From Naegleria gruberi (lineage: Eukaryota): a stretch of DNA of 51,393 nucleotides. How positions within the stretch are numbered: the first letter of the stretch is position 1; the number at the start of each line of letters is the position of its first letter. The notes under the pieces were generated by a model. The model was not told the DNA's origin and ran no database searches. It saw only the letters and a program-made list of their open reading frames with translations. The stretch is from the NCBI GenBank assembly GCA_000004985.1, contig GG738939.1; one strand, 5' to 3'. Shown here in pieces: positions 33,969 through 44,335 of this stretch. Both the position numbers and the translations under genes were made by a program.

Positions 33969-35940
33969 GAAATCCACAATTTCACCATTCCACCATCAAA
34001 GAATATTCAATTCTGATAAGTTATCATCTGGATAATCTGTTGATATATTAGATTCATNNNNNNNNNNNNNNNNNNNNNNNNNNNNNNNNNNNNNNNNNNN
34101 NNNNNNNNNNNNNNNNNNNNNNNNNNNNNNNNNNNNNNNNNNNNNNNNNNNNNNNNNNNNNNNNNNNNNNNNNNNNNNNNNNNNNNNNNNNNNNNNNNNN
34201 NNNNNNNNNNNNNNNNNNNNNNNNNNNNNNNNNNNNNNNNNNNNNNNNNNNNNNNNNNNNNNNNNNNNNNNNNNNNNNNNNNNNNNNNNNNNNNNNNNNN
34301 NNNNNNNNNNNNNNNNNNNNNNNNNNNNNNNNNNNNNNNNNNNNNNNNNNNNNNNNNNNNNNNNNNNNNNNNNNNNNNNNNNNNNNNNNNNNNNNNNNNN
34401 NNNNNNNNNNNNNNNNNNNNNNNNNNNNNNNNNNNNNNNNNNNNNNNNNNNNNNNNNNNNNNNNNNNNNNNNNNNNNNNNNNNNNNNNNNNNNNNNNNNN
34501 NNNNNNNNNNNNNNNNNNNNNNNNNNNNNNNNNNNNNNNNNNNNNNNNNNNNNNNNNNNNNNNNNNNNNNNNNNNNNNNNNNNNNNNNNNNNNNNNNNNN
34601 NNNNNNNNNNNNNNNNNNNNNNNNNNNNNNNNNNNNNNNNNNNNNNNNNNNNNNNNNNNNNNNNNNNNNNNNNNNNNNNNNNNNNNNNNNNNNNNNNNNN
34701 NNNNNNNNNNNNNNNNNNNNNNNNNNNNNNNNNNNNNNNNNNNNNNNNNNNNNNNNNNNNNNNNNNNNNNNNNNNNNNNNNNNNNNNNNNNNNNNNNNNN
34801 NNNNNNNNNNNNNNNNNNNNNNNNNNNNNNNNNNNNNNNNNNNNNNNNNNNNNNNNNNNNNNNNNNNNNNNNNNNNNNNNNNNNNNNNNNNNNNNNNNNN
34901 NNNNNNNNNNNNNNNNNNNNNNNNNNNNNNNNNNNNNNNNNNNNNNNNNNNNNNNNNNNNNNNNNNNNNNNNNNNNNNNNNNNNNNNNNNNNNNNNNNNN
35001 NNNNNNNNNNNNNNNNNNNNNNNNNNNNNNNNNNNNNNNNNNNNNNNNNNNNNNNNNNNNNNNNNNNNNNNNNNNNNNNNNNNNNNNNNNNNNNNNNNNN
35101 NNNNNNNNNNNNNNNNNNNNNNNNNNNNNNNNNNNNNNNNNNNNNNNNNNNNNNNNNNNNNNNNNNNNNNNNNNNNNNNNNNNNNNNNNNNNNNNNNNNN
35201 NNNNNNNNNNNNNNNNNNNNNNNNNNNNNNNNNNNNNNNNNNNNNNNNNNNNNNNNNNNNNNNNNNNNNNNNNNNNNNNNNNNNNNNNNNNNNNNNNNNN
35301 NNNNNNNNNNNNNNNNNNNNNNNNNNNNNNNNNNNNNNNNNNNNNNNNNNNNNNNNNNNNNNNNNNNNNNNNNNNNNNNNNNNNNNNNNNNNNNNNNNNN
35401 NNNNNNNNNNNNNNNNNNNNNNNNNNNNNNNNNNNNNNNNNNNNNNNNNNNNNNNNNNNNNNNNNNNNNNNNNNNNNNNNNNNNNNNNNNNNNNNNNNNN
35501 NNNNNNNNNNNNNNNNNNNNNNNNNNNNNNNNNNNNNNNNNNNNNNNNNNNNNNNNNNNNNNNNNNNNNNNNNNNNNNNNNNNNNNNNNNNNNNNNNNNN
35601 NNNNNNNNNNNNNNNNNNNNNNNNNNNNNNNNNNNNNNNNNNNNNNNNNNNNNNNNNNNNNNNNNNNNNNNNNNNNNNNNNNNNNNNNNNNNNNNNNNNN
35701 NNNNNNNNNNNNNNNNNNNNNNNNNNNNNNNNNNNNNNNNNNNNNNNNNNNNNNNNNNNNNNNNNNNNNNNNNNNNNNNNNNNNNNNNNNNNNNNNNNNN
35801 NNNNNNNNNNNNNNNNNNNNNNNNNNNNNNNNNNNNNNNNNNNNNNNNNNNNNNNNNNNNNNNNNNNNNNNNNNNNNNNNNNNNNNNNNNNNNNNNNNNN
35901 NNNNNNNNNNNNNNNNNNNNNNNNNNNNNNNNNNNNNNNN

Positions 35941-36537
35941 AACTATTCCAATAATGTTACTTATACTGCAATTCACAAAATTTAAATATTTTGTGCTAAT
36001 TCTGACTGACCCATTATCAATTATTAAGTTTGACATTTTCACACTTGGCATTCCTTCCATAATGAATAGTTTCGTATTTCTAATTATTAAATATTCAAGT
36101 TCCAAATTAATATTCTTTGAAAATTGAATAAATTCATCACACTCAATTACTGATAGAGAATCTGTTTCGAATGATTTCATTCTAAATGTTTGAAAACTAT
36201 TAAATATTTGATAATCCTGCAAATTATATGAACATCGCTTCATTTCTCCCATCACCATCACATCCAATATTCGAAACTCATCTATTTTCACATTTTCCAC
36301 AATAAAATTCACAATTTGCATAAAATCACCACATGGATCATCGGGTGAGAAACAGGCTTTGGAAGTTGTATTCGAAATTCCATCATCATTCAAGTAGAAA
36401 AACAATTCATTATCATCTATTAGATTGTGTGATGAAATTAAATTCGAATTTTCGGAAGAACACAAGCAAACACCAATCATCGATGATGATAGCATCAAAA
36501 AGGCGAGAAGCAGGGTTATATGTTGTGGTGATGACAT
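35941..36537 (-). CDS. N-terminal part of a secreted leucine-rich protein (signal peptide MSSPQHITLLLAFLMLSSSMIGVCLC); continues into the masked block
   Basis: ATG 36537..36535 in context aaaaaaaaATGTCATCA. Hydrophobic signal peptide. Downstream Leu/Ile/Asn-rich repeat-like segments (ELEYLIIRNTKLFIMEG..NLIIDNGSVRIS..LNFVNCSISNI). The frame is open to the mask edge. The track shows the same frame reaching a stop at 34054, but that stretch is masked. Confidence 0.55.
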
Positions 36538-36552
36538 TTTTTTTTATTTGTG
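36536..36552 (+). repeat. 17-nt junction motif aTTTTTTTTTATTTGTG immediately 5' of LINE copy B
   Basis: Identical to 33020..33036. The first T (36537) is the complement of the A of the minus-strand ATG of the secreted leucine-rich gene. Confidence 0.8.
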
Positions 36553-36565
36553 CGAAGTAAAAAAA

Positions 36566-37948
36566 ATGTCTAAACATCATCCTCCGTGGATTACAAAGAA
36601 CATAACAAAAGCAGGCCCCAGCTCTGCCAGAAATCTAAAGTCCACTAAAAGTCACACTAAGGAATTAATTTCCGTACCTAAAAATAATTTAAATTTTAAT
36701 TTTAAAATGTCTTATGCTGATGTTGTTAAACAAATTCCGAGATCGGAATCAAAATTGAAATCGGAATCAAAACAAATCGTGATTGCCAACCGAACTATTA
36801 ATATCAAGTCGGTTAATTTAAATTCAAGACAAAAAAAATTCAGTAGAAATATTAAGATGTCAGATAATAAGCAAATCGACTACGAAACTTGTATTTCAGT
36901 ATTTGTCCAACAACCAAATGAAGCATTTGAAGATTTAATTGTTAAGGAGGTTGGTCACTTATGTAATAGAATTTATGTTCCAGAATTGAAACCAAAACTT
37001 GTTCAATTAATTATAGATAGCAAAGAAAATTATCAAGAAGCAATAAGAATTCTCAATAATATGGTTACAAAAACTAATACGAAATTCCTTCCTTCCCCTA
37101 TGAACTTTACTCCAACTAATCATACCGTCAAATATCATTCAGAAAAATTAGATTTTATTAATCACCAAATTTCTAATATTATTGATGCAGTATGGCATAG
37201 TAAGATTAATATCTCACAAATGAATCTCAGTTTTGATAGAACTACTCAAATCTACAAGTTAAGAGTTGCTCTTATTAACTCAAATGGAAAAGATGAGCTA
37301 TTGAAAAATGGTTTTCAAGAATATAAGTCAATGGATCAAATTCTTAAAGAATGTCAATTTGAAGCCACCTGCAATTTCCCTACATCATTCCAAGAAAAGG
37401 ATATCATTGAGGCAGTTAAAGAAATTAGTAAATTGGCTGACGTTCAATTTCGTCGCAGTAACCTTACTATTACCAAGTTGAAAGCAACCTATCTCCATAA
37501 TAGAGAATATTATGCAGTTAATTACAAACTTCAAAACGAAGAGGAATTGAAAGCATTTATATCAAAGGCGATTAGATGTAAGGGATCTAAAGATAATTCC
37601 AAGAAAATCTTTAAAAGATTTAAATCTACTGCTGAATACTTGAAGAAGAAATTACAATCAAATAATACTGATAACCATGAAAATTTAACCAGTAGTTCTA
37701 TCATTATTGATATTAATAAGAGACTTACTAGAATGGAAGAGAAAATTGAAACTCAAGTTGCAAAGACTTCTAATCATGAACTAAAATTACAAAATTTTGA
37801 TGAAAGAATGAACAAGTTCTTAGAAAGTTTGGAACAATTAAGATTTTTAACAATGAATTTCAAGAATATTGGTAATGCAAAGGAAGGTATGAACGACGAA
37901 GGCTATGAGGATTACAATCCTCATGTAAATCACTCTCGTTATGATTGA
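36566..37948 (+). CDS. LINE ORF1 protein, about 460 aa, Lys/Asn-rich with a predicted coiled-coil C-terminal region
   Basis: First in-frame ATG at 36566 (aaaaaaATGTCTAAACATCAT), TGA at 37946-37948. No recognisable zinc knuckle. Heptad-like segment MEEKIETQVAKTSNHELKLQNFDERMNKFLESLEQL. Confidence 0.7.
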   Translation: MSKHHPPWITKNITKAGPSSARNLKSTKSHTKELISVPKNNLNFNFKMSYADVVKQIPRSESKLKSESKQIVIANRTINIKSVNLNSRQKKFSRNIKMSDNKQIDYETCISVFVQQPNEAFEDLIVKEVGHLCNRIYVPELKPKLVQLIIDSKENYQEAIRILNNMVTKTNTKFLPSPMNFTPTNHTVKYHSEKLDFINHQISNIIDAVWHSKINISQMNLSFDRTTQIYKLRVALINSNGKDELLKNGFQEYKSMDQILKECQFEATCNFPTSFQEKDIIEAVKEISKLADVQFRRSNLTITKLKATYLHNREYYAVNYKLQNEEELKAFISKAIRCKGSKDNSKKIFKRFKSTAEYLKKKLQSNNTDNHENLTSSSIIIDINKRLTRMEEKIETQVAKTSNHELKLQNFDERMNKFLESLEQLRFLTMNFKNIGNAKEGMNDEGYEDYNPHVNHSRYD

Positions 37949-40001
37949 TTTAAAATCTACTATCCGTGTGGGATGCTATAATGTAAATGGTCTAATTAGG
38001 ACAGGAAATTCTAAAGAAAAACTCATACAACCAATTAATGCAATGTGTAGATCTAATGGTATTCACATAATGTGTATAACAGAAACACATATCAATAATT
38101 ATGAATCTCAACAGAAATGTTATAATGAGTGTAATGGACATATTCTATTCAATTCCTTAATGAATACAAGAAAAGCTTGCAAGGGAACAGCAATTCTTCA
38201 TTTCTTAAATAACAAGAGAAAGAGATTTATTTCTAATCATAATATCATCAATGGTAAATTACAATGGTTTCGTTTCAAATCTAGAAACAAGATATTTAAT
38301 ATCATTGCGGGCTATTTATCAGGGAAAAAGGAAGAAGAAGATGATGATCAATTAGCTATGTCTCATATTATTGAAATTATGACTAAATTTAATGATGAAT
38401 ATTTTATTATAGCTGGTGATTTGAATATTGATAGTAATAACCCTATTTCCAAAAGAGATAAAGAATGGATGAATCTTCTAAAACAACTCAATATGTATGA
38501 AGACAAACAGCTTAGTCAAATATCATATAGAAGAAAACAGAAAGACAAGATCATTGAAACACACCCAGACCATATATTTGTATCAAATAATTTGAAAATA
38601 ATTGGAGGGAAAAGTCTACCATCTATAACTCACAATGATCATATACCTTTTTATATAGACATTCAATATGATTGCGATCCGACTTGGAGGGCATCTATTT
38701 CAAGGAAACATATAGAAACGTTATGTAGTACAATTAATCAAGAAACCTATTTATCATTTGATGAACTAGAACGGAATATTAAGAATAATTTTTTAAAGTA
38801 TTCATATAGGAATGATAAGCTTAATGTTAAATTCCTTTCGTCTAGAAAGCGAAAAGATATTAGAAGAATAGAATCAAAAATCAGAGAAATAATGGACAAA
38901 AAAGATCCAAAACAAGAACAGGAATTAATTACACTCCAAACAGAACTGAAAACTGTTTATAGAGAGGCTGCAAAAGAAATAAGAACAAATCTATTGGATC
39001 AATTTAATAGCCATAATTCTTCAGCAATGTACAGATTTGATAGACACCTTAAAGAAAAGACAATTAATTGGAATGAAATCTCATTTGATGAATCGACAGT
39101 TGTCAACTTCTTTCAGGATAAATTTACATCAAAAGTTGAAGATATTAATTTCATTCCAAGTAGGTCAACAATTAAGTATGGACCAAAAAGAATCAAATTT
39201 AAATTGGAAACTATCAAAAAAGCCCTTTTAAGAATGAGTTCTAATACTCCAGGAACAGATAATATTCCATTGTCTATAATAAGAGGTTTAAAAGATGAAC
39301 ATCTTCAACTCATTTGTGACAAATTTAATCAGTGCTTGGATAATGGTAATATTCCTTTGGAATGGAAAAATGGTTGGGTAAAATTAATTCCTAAACGAGA
39401 CATTATTTCTCTCAAAGATATTCGTCCGATTACTATCCTTCCAATTATGTATAGATTAATGTTTAATATTATTGCTTTTAAATTAAGGAAATGGGCTTCA
39501 GAGAATATAAATATACGTCAACAAGCATTTATACCAAAGAGGAATACCCTTAATCATGCAATATTGGTATCTACGTTGGCAGCAATGAATCCGAAATCCT
39601 TTCTATTGGTGAATTTAGATATCGAAGGAGCTTATGACTCTGTTGAAGTTTCTGTTATTGAATTAGCTCTAAAACATTGCAAATTTCCAATTAATTTAAT
39701 TCAATTTATTATTAATTCTTACAAAGAACACACTCTACAACTTGAAATCAATAACCACTTGTCCGAACCAATTACAAAATCCAGGGGAATCCCACAAGGT
39801 TGTCCATTATCACCCCTGATTTATGATTGTATAACACAATTAATTATTGACAAAAGTATAGATGTTTGGAAATTACCAAAAGATCCTTGTAATCTTAATG
39901 CAAACGAAATAGGTATCCTTGGTTTTGCAGATGATATGTATCTTATTGCTGACACATCTGATATTAATACCGATTATAACGAAAGATTAAATGAATTAGA
40001 T
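37941..40001 (+). CDS. LINE ORF2, N-terminal part: apurinic/apyrimidinic-type endonuclease domain and beginning of reverse transcriptase (partial; continues into the mask)
   Basis: ATG at 37941 lies within ATGATTGA and overlaps the ORF1 stop, in the +2 frame. Endonuclease motifs as above. RT motifs FIPKRNTLNHAI..LVNLDIEGAYDSV. Predicted full ORF2 is about 1245 aa, ending at 41678 by homology with copy A. Confidence 0.9.
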
Positions 40002-43000
40002 NNNNNNNNNNNNNNNNNNNNNNNNNNNNNNNNNNNNNNNNNNNNNNNNNNNNNNNNNNNNNNNNNNNNNNNNNNNNNNNNNNNNNNNNNNNNNNNNNNN
40101 NNNNNNNNNNNNNNNNNNNNNNNNNNNNNNNNNNNNNNNNNNNNNNNNNNNNNNNNNNNNNNNNNNNNNNNNNNNNNNNNNNNNNNNNNNNNNNNNNNNN
40201 NNNNNNNNNNNNNNNNNNNNNNNNNNNNNNNNNNNNNNNNNNNNNNNNNNNNNNNNNNNNNNNNNNNNNNNNNNNNNNNNNNNNNNNNNNNNNNNNNNNN
40301 NNNNNNNNNNNNNNNNNNNNNNNNNNNNNNNNNNNNNNNNNNNNNNNNNNNNNNNNNNNNNNNNNNNNNNNNNNNNNNNNNNNNNNNNNNNNNNNNNNNN
40401 NNNNNNNNNNNNNNNNNNNNNNNNNNNNNNNNNNNNNNNNNNNNNNNNNNNNNNNNNNNNNNNNNNNNNNNNNNNNNNNNNNNNNNNNNNNNNNNNNNNN
40501 NNNNNNNNNNNNNNNNNNNNNNNNNNNNNNNNNNNNNNNNNNNNNNNNNNNNNNNNNNNNNNNNNNNNNNNNNNNNNNNNNNNNNNNNNNNNNNNNNNNN
40601 NNNNNNNNNNNNNNNNNNNNNNNNNNNNNNNNNNNNNNNNNNNNNNNNNNNNNNNNNNNNNNNNNNNNNNNNNNNNNNNNNNNNNNNNNNNNNNNNNNNN
40701 NNNNNNNNNNNNNNNNNNNNNNNNNNNNNNNNNNNNNNNNNNNNNNNNNNNNNNNNNNNNNNNNNNNNNNNNNNNNNNNNNNNNNNNNNNNNNNNNNNNN
40801 NNNNNNNNNNNNNNNNNNNNNNNNNNNNNNNNNNNNNNNNNNNNNNNNNNNNNNNNNNNNNNNNNNNNNNNNNNNNNNNNNNNNNNNNNNNNNNNNNNNN
40901 NNNNNNNNNNNNNNNNNNNNNNNNNNNNNNNNNNNNNNNNNNNNNNNNNNNNNNNNNNNNNNNNNNNNNNNNNNNNNNNNNNNNNNNNNNNNNNNNNNNN
41001 NNNNNNNNNNNNNNNNNNNNNNNNNNNNNNNNNNNNNNNNNNNNNNNNNNNNNNNNNNNNNNNNNNNNNNNNNNNNNNNNNNNNNNNNNNNNNNNNNNNN
41101 NNNNNNNNNNNNNNNNNNNNNNNNNNNNNNNNNNNNNNNNNNNNNNNNNNNNNNNNNNNNNNNNNNNNNNNNNNNNNNNNNNNNNNNNNNNNNNNNNNNN
41201 NNNNNNNNNNNNNNNNNNNNNNNNNNNNNNNNNNNNNNNNNNNNNNNNNNNNNNNNNNNNNNNNNNNNNNNNNNNNNNNNNNNNNNNNNNNNNNNNNNNN
41301 NNNNNNNNNNNNNNNNNNNNNNNNNNNNNNNNNNNNNNNNNNNNNNNNNNNNNNNNNNNNNNNNNNNNNNNNNNNNNNNNNNNNNNNNNNNNNNNNNNNN
41401 NNNNNNNNNNNNNNNNNNNNNNNNNNNNNNNNNNNNNNNNNNNNNNNNNNNNNNNNNNNNNNNNNNNNNNNNNNNNNNNNNNNNNNNNNNNNNNNNNNNN
41501 NNNNNNNNNNNNNNNNNNNNNNNNNNNNNNNNNNNNNNNNNNNNNNNNNNNNNNNNNNNNNNNNNNNNNNNNNNNNNNNNNNNNNNNNNNNNNNNNNNNN
41601 NNNNNNNNNNNNNNNNNNNNNNNNNNNNNNNNNNNNNNNNNNNNNNNNNNNNNNNNNNNNNNNNNNNNNNNNNNNNNNNNNNNNNNNNNNNNNNNNNNNN
41701 NNNNNNNNNNNNNNNNNNNNNNNNNNNNNNNNNNNNNNNNNNNNNNNNNNNNNNNNNNNNNNNNNNNNNNNNNNNNNNNNNNNNNNNNNNNNNNNNNNNN
41801 NNNNNNNNNNNNNNNNNNNNNNNNNNNNNNNNNNNNNNNNNNNNNNNNNNNNNNNNNNNNNNNNNNNNNNNNNNNNNNNNNNNNNNNNNNNNNNNNNNNN
41901 NNNNNNNNNNNNNNNNNNNNNNNNNNNNNNNNNNNNNNNNNNNNNNNNNNNNNNNNNNNNNNNNNNNNNNNNNNNNNNNNNNNNNNNNNNNNNNNNNNNN
42001 NNNNNNNNNNNNNNNNNNNNNNNNNNNNNNNNNNNNNNNNNNNNNNNNNNNNNNNNNNNNNNNNNNNNNNNNNNNNNNNNNNNNNNNNNNNNNNNNNNNN
42101 NNNNNNNNNNNNNNNNNNNNNNNNNNNNNNNNNNNNNNNNNNNNNNNNNNNNNNNNNNNNNNNNNNNNNNNNNNNNNNNNNNNNNNNNNNNNNNNNNNNN
42201 NNNNNNNNNNNNNNNNNNNNNNNNNNNNNNNNNNNNNNNNNNNNNNNNNNNNNNNNNNNNNNNNNNNNNNNNNNNNNNNNNNNNNNNNNNNNNNNNNNNN
42301 NNNNNNNNNNNNNNNNNNNNNNNNNNNNNNNNNNNNNNNNNNNNNNNNNNNNNNNNNNNNNNNNNNNNNNNNNNNNNNNNNNNNNNNNNNNNNNNNNNNN
42401 NNNNNNNNNNNNNNNNNNNNNNNNNNNNNNNNNNNNNNNNNNNNNNNNNNNNNNNNNNNNNNNNNNNNNNNNNNNNNNNNNNNNNNNNNNNNNNNNNNNN
42501 NNNNNNNNNNNNNNNNNNNNNNNNNNNNNNNNNNNNNNNNNNNNNNNNNNNNNNNNNNNNNNNNNNNNNNNNNNNNNNNNNNNNNNNNNNNNNNNNNNNN
42601 NNNNNNNNNNNNNNNNNNNNNNNNNNNNNNNNNNNNNNNNNNNNNNNNNNNNNNNNNNNNNNNNNNNNNNNNNNNNNNNNNNNNNNNNNNNNNNNNNNNN
42701 NNNNNNNNNNNNNNNNNNNNNNNNNNNNNNNNNNNNNNNNNNNNNNNNNNNNNNNNNNNNNNNNNNNNNNNNNNNNNNNNNNNNNNNNNNNNNNNNNNNN
42801 NNNNNNNNNNNNNNNNNNNNNNNNNNNNNNNNNNNNNNNNNNNNNNNNNNNNNNNNNNNNNNNNNNNNNNNNNNNNNNNNNNNNNNNNNNNNNNNNNNNN
42901 NNNNNNNNNNNNNNNNNNNNNNNNNNNNNNNNNNNNNNNNNNNNNNNNNNNNNNNNNNNNNNNNNNNNNNNNNNNNNNNNNNNNNNNNNNNNNNNNNNNN

Positions 43001-43819
43001 NNNNNNNNNNNNNNNNNNNNNNNNNNNNNNNNNNNNNNNNNNNNNNNNNNNNNNNNNNNNNNNNNNNNNNNNNNNNNNNNNNNNNNNNNNNNNNNNNNNN
43101 NNNNNNNNNNNNNNNNNNNNNNNNNNNNNNNNNNNNNNNNNNNNNNNNNNNNNNNNNNNNNNNNNNNNNNNNNNNNNNNNNNNNNNNNNNNNNNNNNNNN
43201 NNNNNNNNNNNNNNNNNNNNNNNNNNNNNNNNNNNNNNNNNNNNNNNNNNNNNNNNNNNNNNNNNNNNNNNNNNNNNNNNNNNNNNNNNNNNNNNNNNNN
43301 NNNNNNNNNNNNNNNNNNNNNNNNNNNNNNNNNNNNNNNNNNNNNNNNNNNNNNNNNNNNNNNNNNNNNNNNNNNNNNNNNNNNNNNNNNNNNNNNNNNN
43401 NNNNNNNNNNNNNNNNNNNNNNNNNNNNNNNNNNNNNNNNNNNNNNNNNNNNNNNNNNNNNNNNNNNNNNNNNNNNNNNNNNNNNNNNNNNNNNNNNNNN
43501 NNNNNNNNNNNNNNNNNNNNNNNNNNNNNNNNNNNNNNNNNNNNNNNNNNNNNNNNNNNNNNNNNNNNNNNNNNNNNNNNNNNNNNNNNNNNNNNNNNNN
43601 NNNNNNNNNNNNNNNNNNNNNNNNNNNNNNNNNNNNNNNNNNNNNNNNNNNNNNNNNNNNNNNNNNNNNNNNNNNNNNNNNNNNNNNNNNNNNNNNNNNN
43701 NNNNNNNNNNNNNNNNNNNNNNNNNNNNNNNNNNNNNNNNNNNNNNNNNNNNNNNNNNNNNNNNNNNNNNNNNNNNNNNNNNNNNNNNNNNNNNNNNNNN
43801 NNNNNNNNNNNNTCATTAG

Positions 43820-44224
43820 TCAACTGCAAAATTAACTATTCTTAATATTAGTTGCAATCGAATTAATGATGAAGGAGCCAAATCACTTAGTCAATTGAAC
43901 CAATTAACAAACCTAAACATTAGACTAAACGAAATTGGAGATGAAGGCGCCAAATTTATTGGAAAAATGCAAAATCTAACTCTCCTCACCATTGATCACA
44001 ATCAAATTCAAACTCAGGGTGCAAAGTATCTCAGTAACTTGGTCAACTTGAAAACTTTATACATTCATGGAAATGAAAATATTGAAAGGGAAGGTTCCAA
44101 GGCAATTAGTGAAATGAAAGAGTTGAGAAGTGTAAAACTCGATCATATTCATATATTGTATGCAAATGTTAGATTTGGAATGAATGTTTCAGTTTCGTAT
44201 TACAACAAAAATAATTACATTTAA
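43820..44224 (+). CDS. Terminal exon of an RNI-type leucine-rich-repeat protein (24-aa repeats LxxLxLxxNxIGDEGAKxL). Upstream exons lie in the masked block
   Basis: Acceptor tcattAG|TCAACTGC at 43818/43819, with an in-frame TAG immediately upstream, so this is an exon start. Four or more tandem 24-residue LRRs. TAA at 44222-44224. AATAAA at 44228-44233. Confidence 0.65.
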   Translation, partial: STAKLTILNISCNRINDEGAKSLSQLNQLTNLNIRLNEIGDEGAKFIGKMQNLTLLTIDHNQIQTQGAKYLSNLVNLKTLYIHGNENIEREGSKAISEMKELRSVKLDHIHILYANVRFGMNVSVSYYNKNNYI

Positions 44225-44227
44225 TTG

Positions 44228-44233
44228 AATAAA
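44228..44233 (+). promoter_or_regulatory. AATAAA polyadenylation signal of the LRR gene
   Basis: gaATAAAc, 4 nt after the stop codon. Confidence 0.4.
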
Positions 44234-44335
44234 CAACAATTTCAATTTCTTACTCTGTTACAATTAAATATCAGTATGATATATATTTGAGTATAGGGGA
44301 AAAATTAATAGCATTGTAAAATATTAAATATATAT

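Larger units (their letters stand above)
36553..40001 (+). mobile_element. Non-LTR (LINE-like) retrotransposon, copy B, 5' portion (short 5' leader, ORF1, ORF2 endonuclease and start of RT). The remainder is masked; predicted end about 41731
   Basis: ORF1 runs 36566-37948 and overlaps the ORF2 start at 37941. The ORF2 N-terminus is an APE-type endonuclease (CYNVNGL, ITETH, GDLNID, NDHIPF), followed by RT motifs. The 3' visible 436 bp are identical to copy A, so the copy A stop at 32967 maps to 41678. Confidence 0.9.

Noticed and set aside
36333-36560. 75-aa plus-strand ORF antisense to the secreted leucine-rich gene
   Set aside because: Antisense overlap of a better-supported ORF with a signal peptide. 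Likely spurious. The ORF1 upstream extension in the track (36425-36565, from a TTG) is rejected in favour of ATG 36566.
39037-39231. 64-aa ORF inside LINE ORF2
   Set aside because: An out-of-frame ORF internal to ORF2, with no support.
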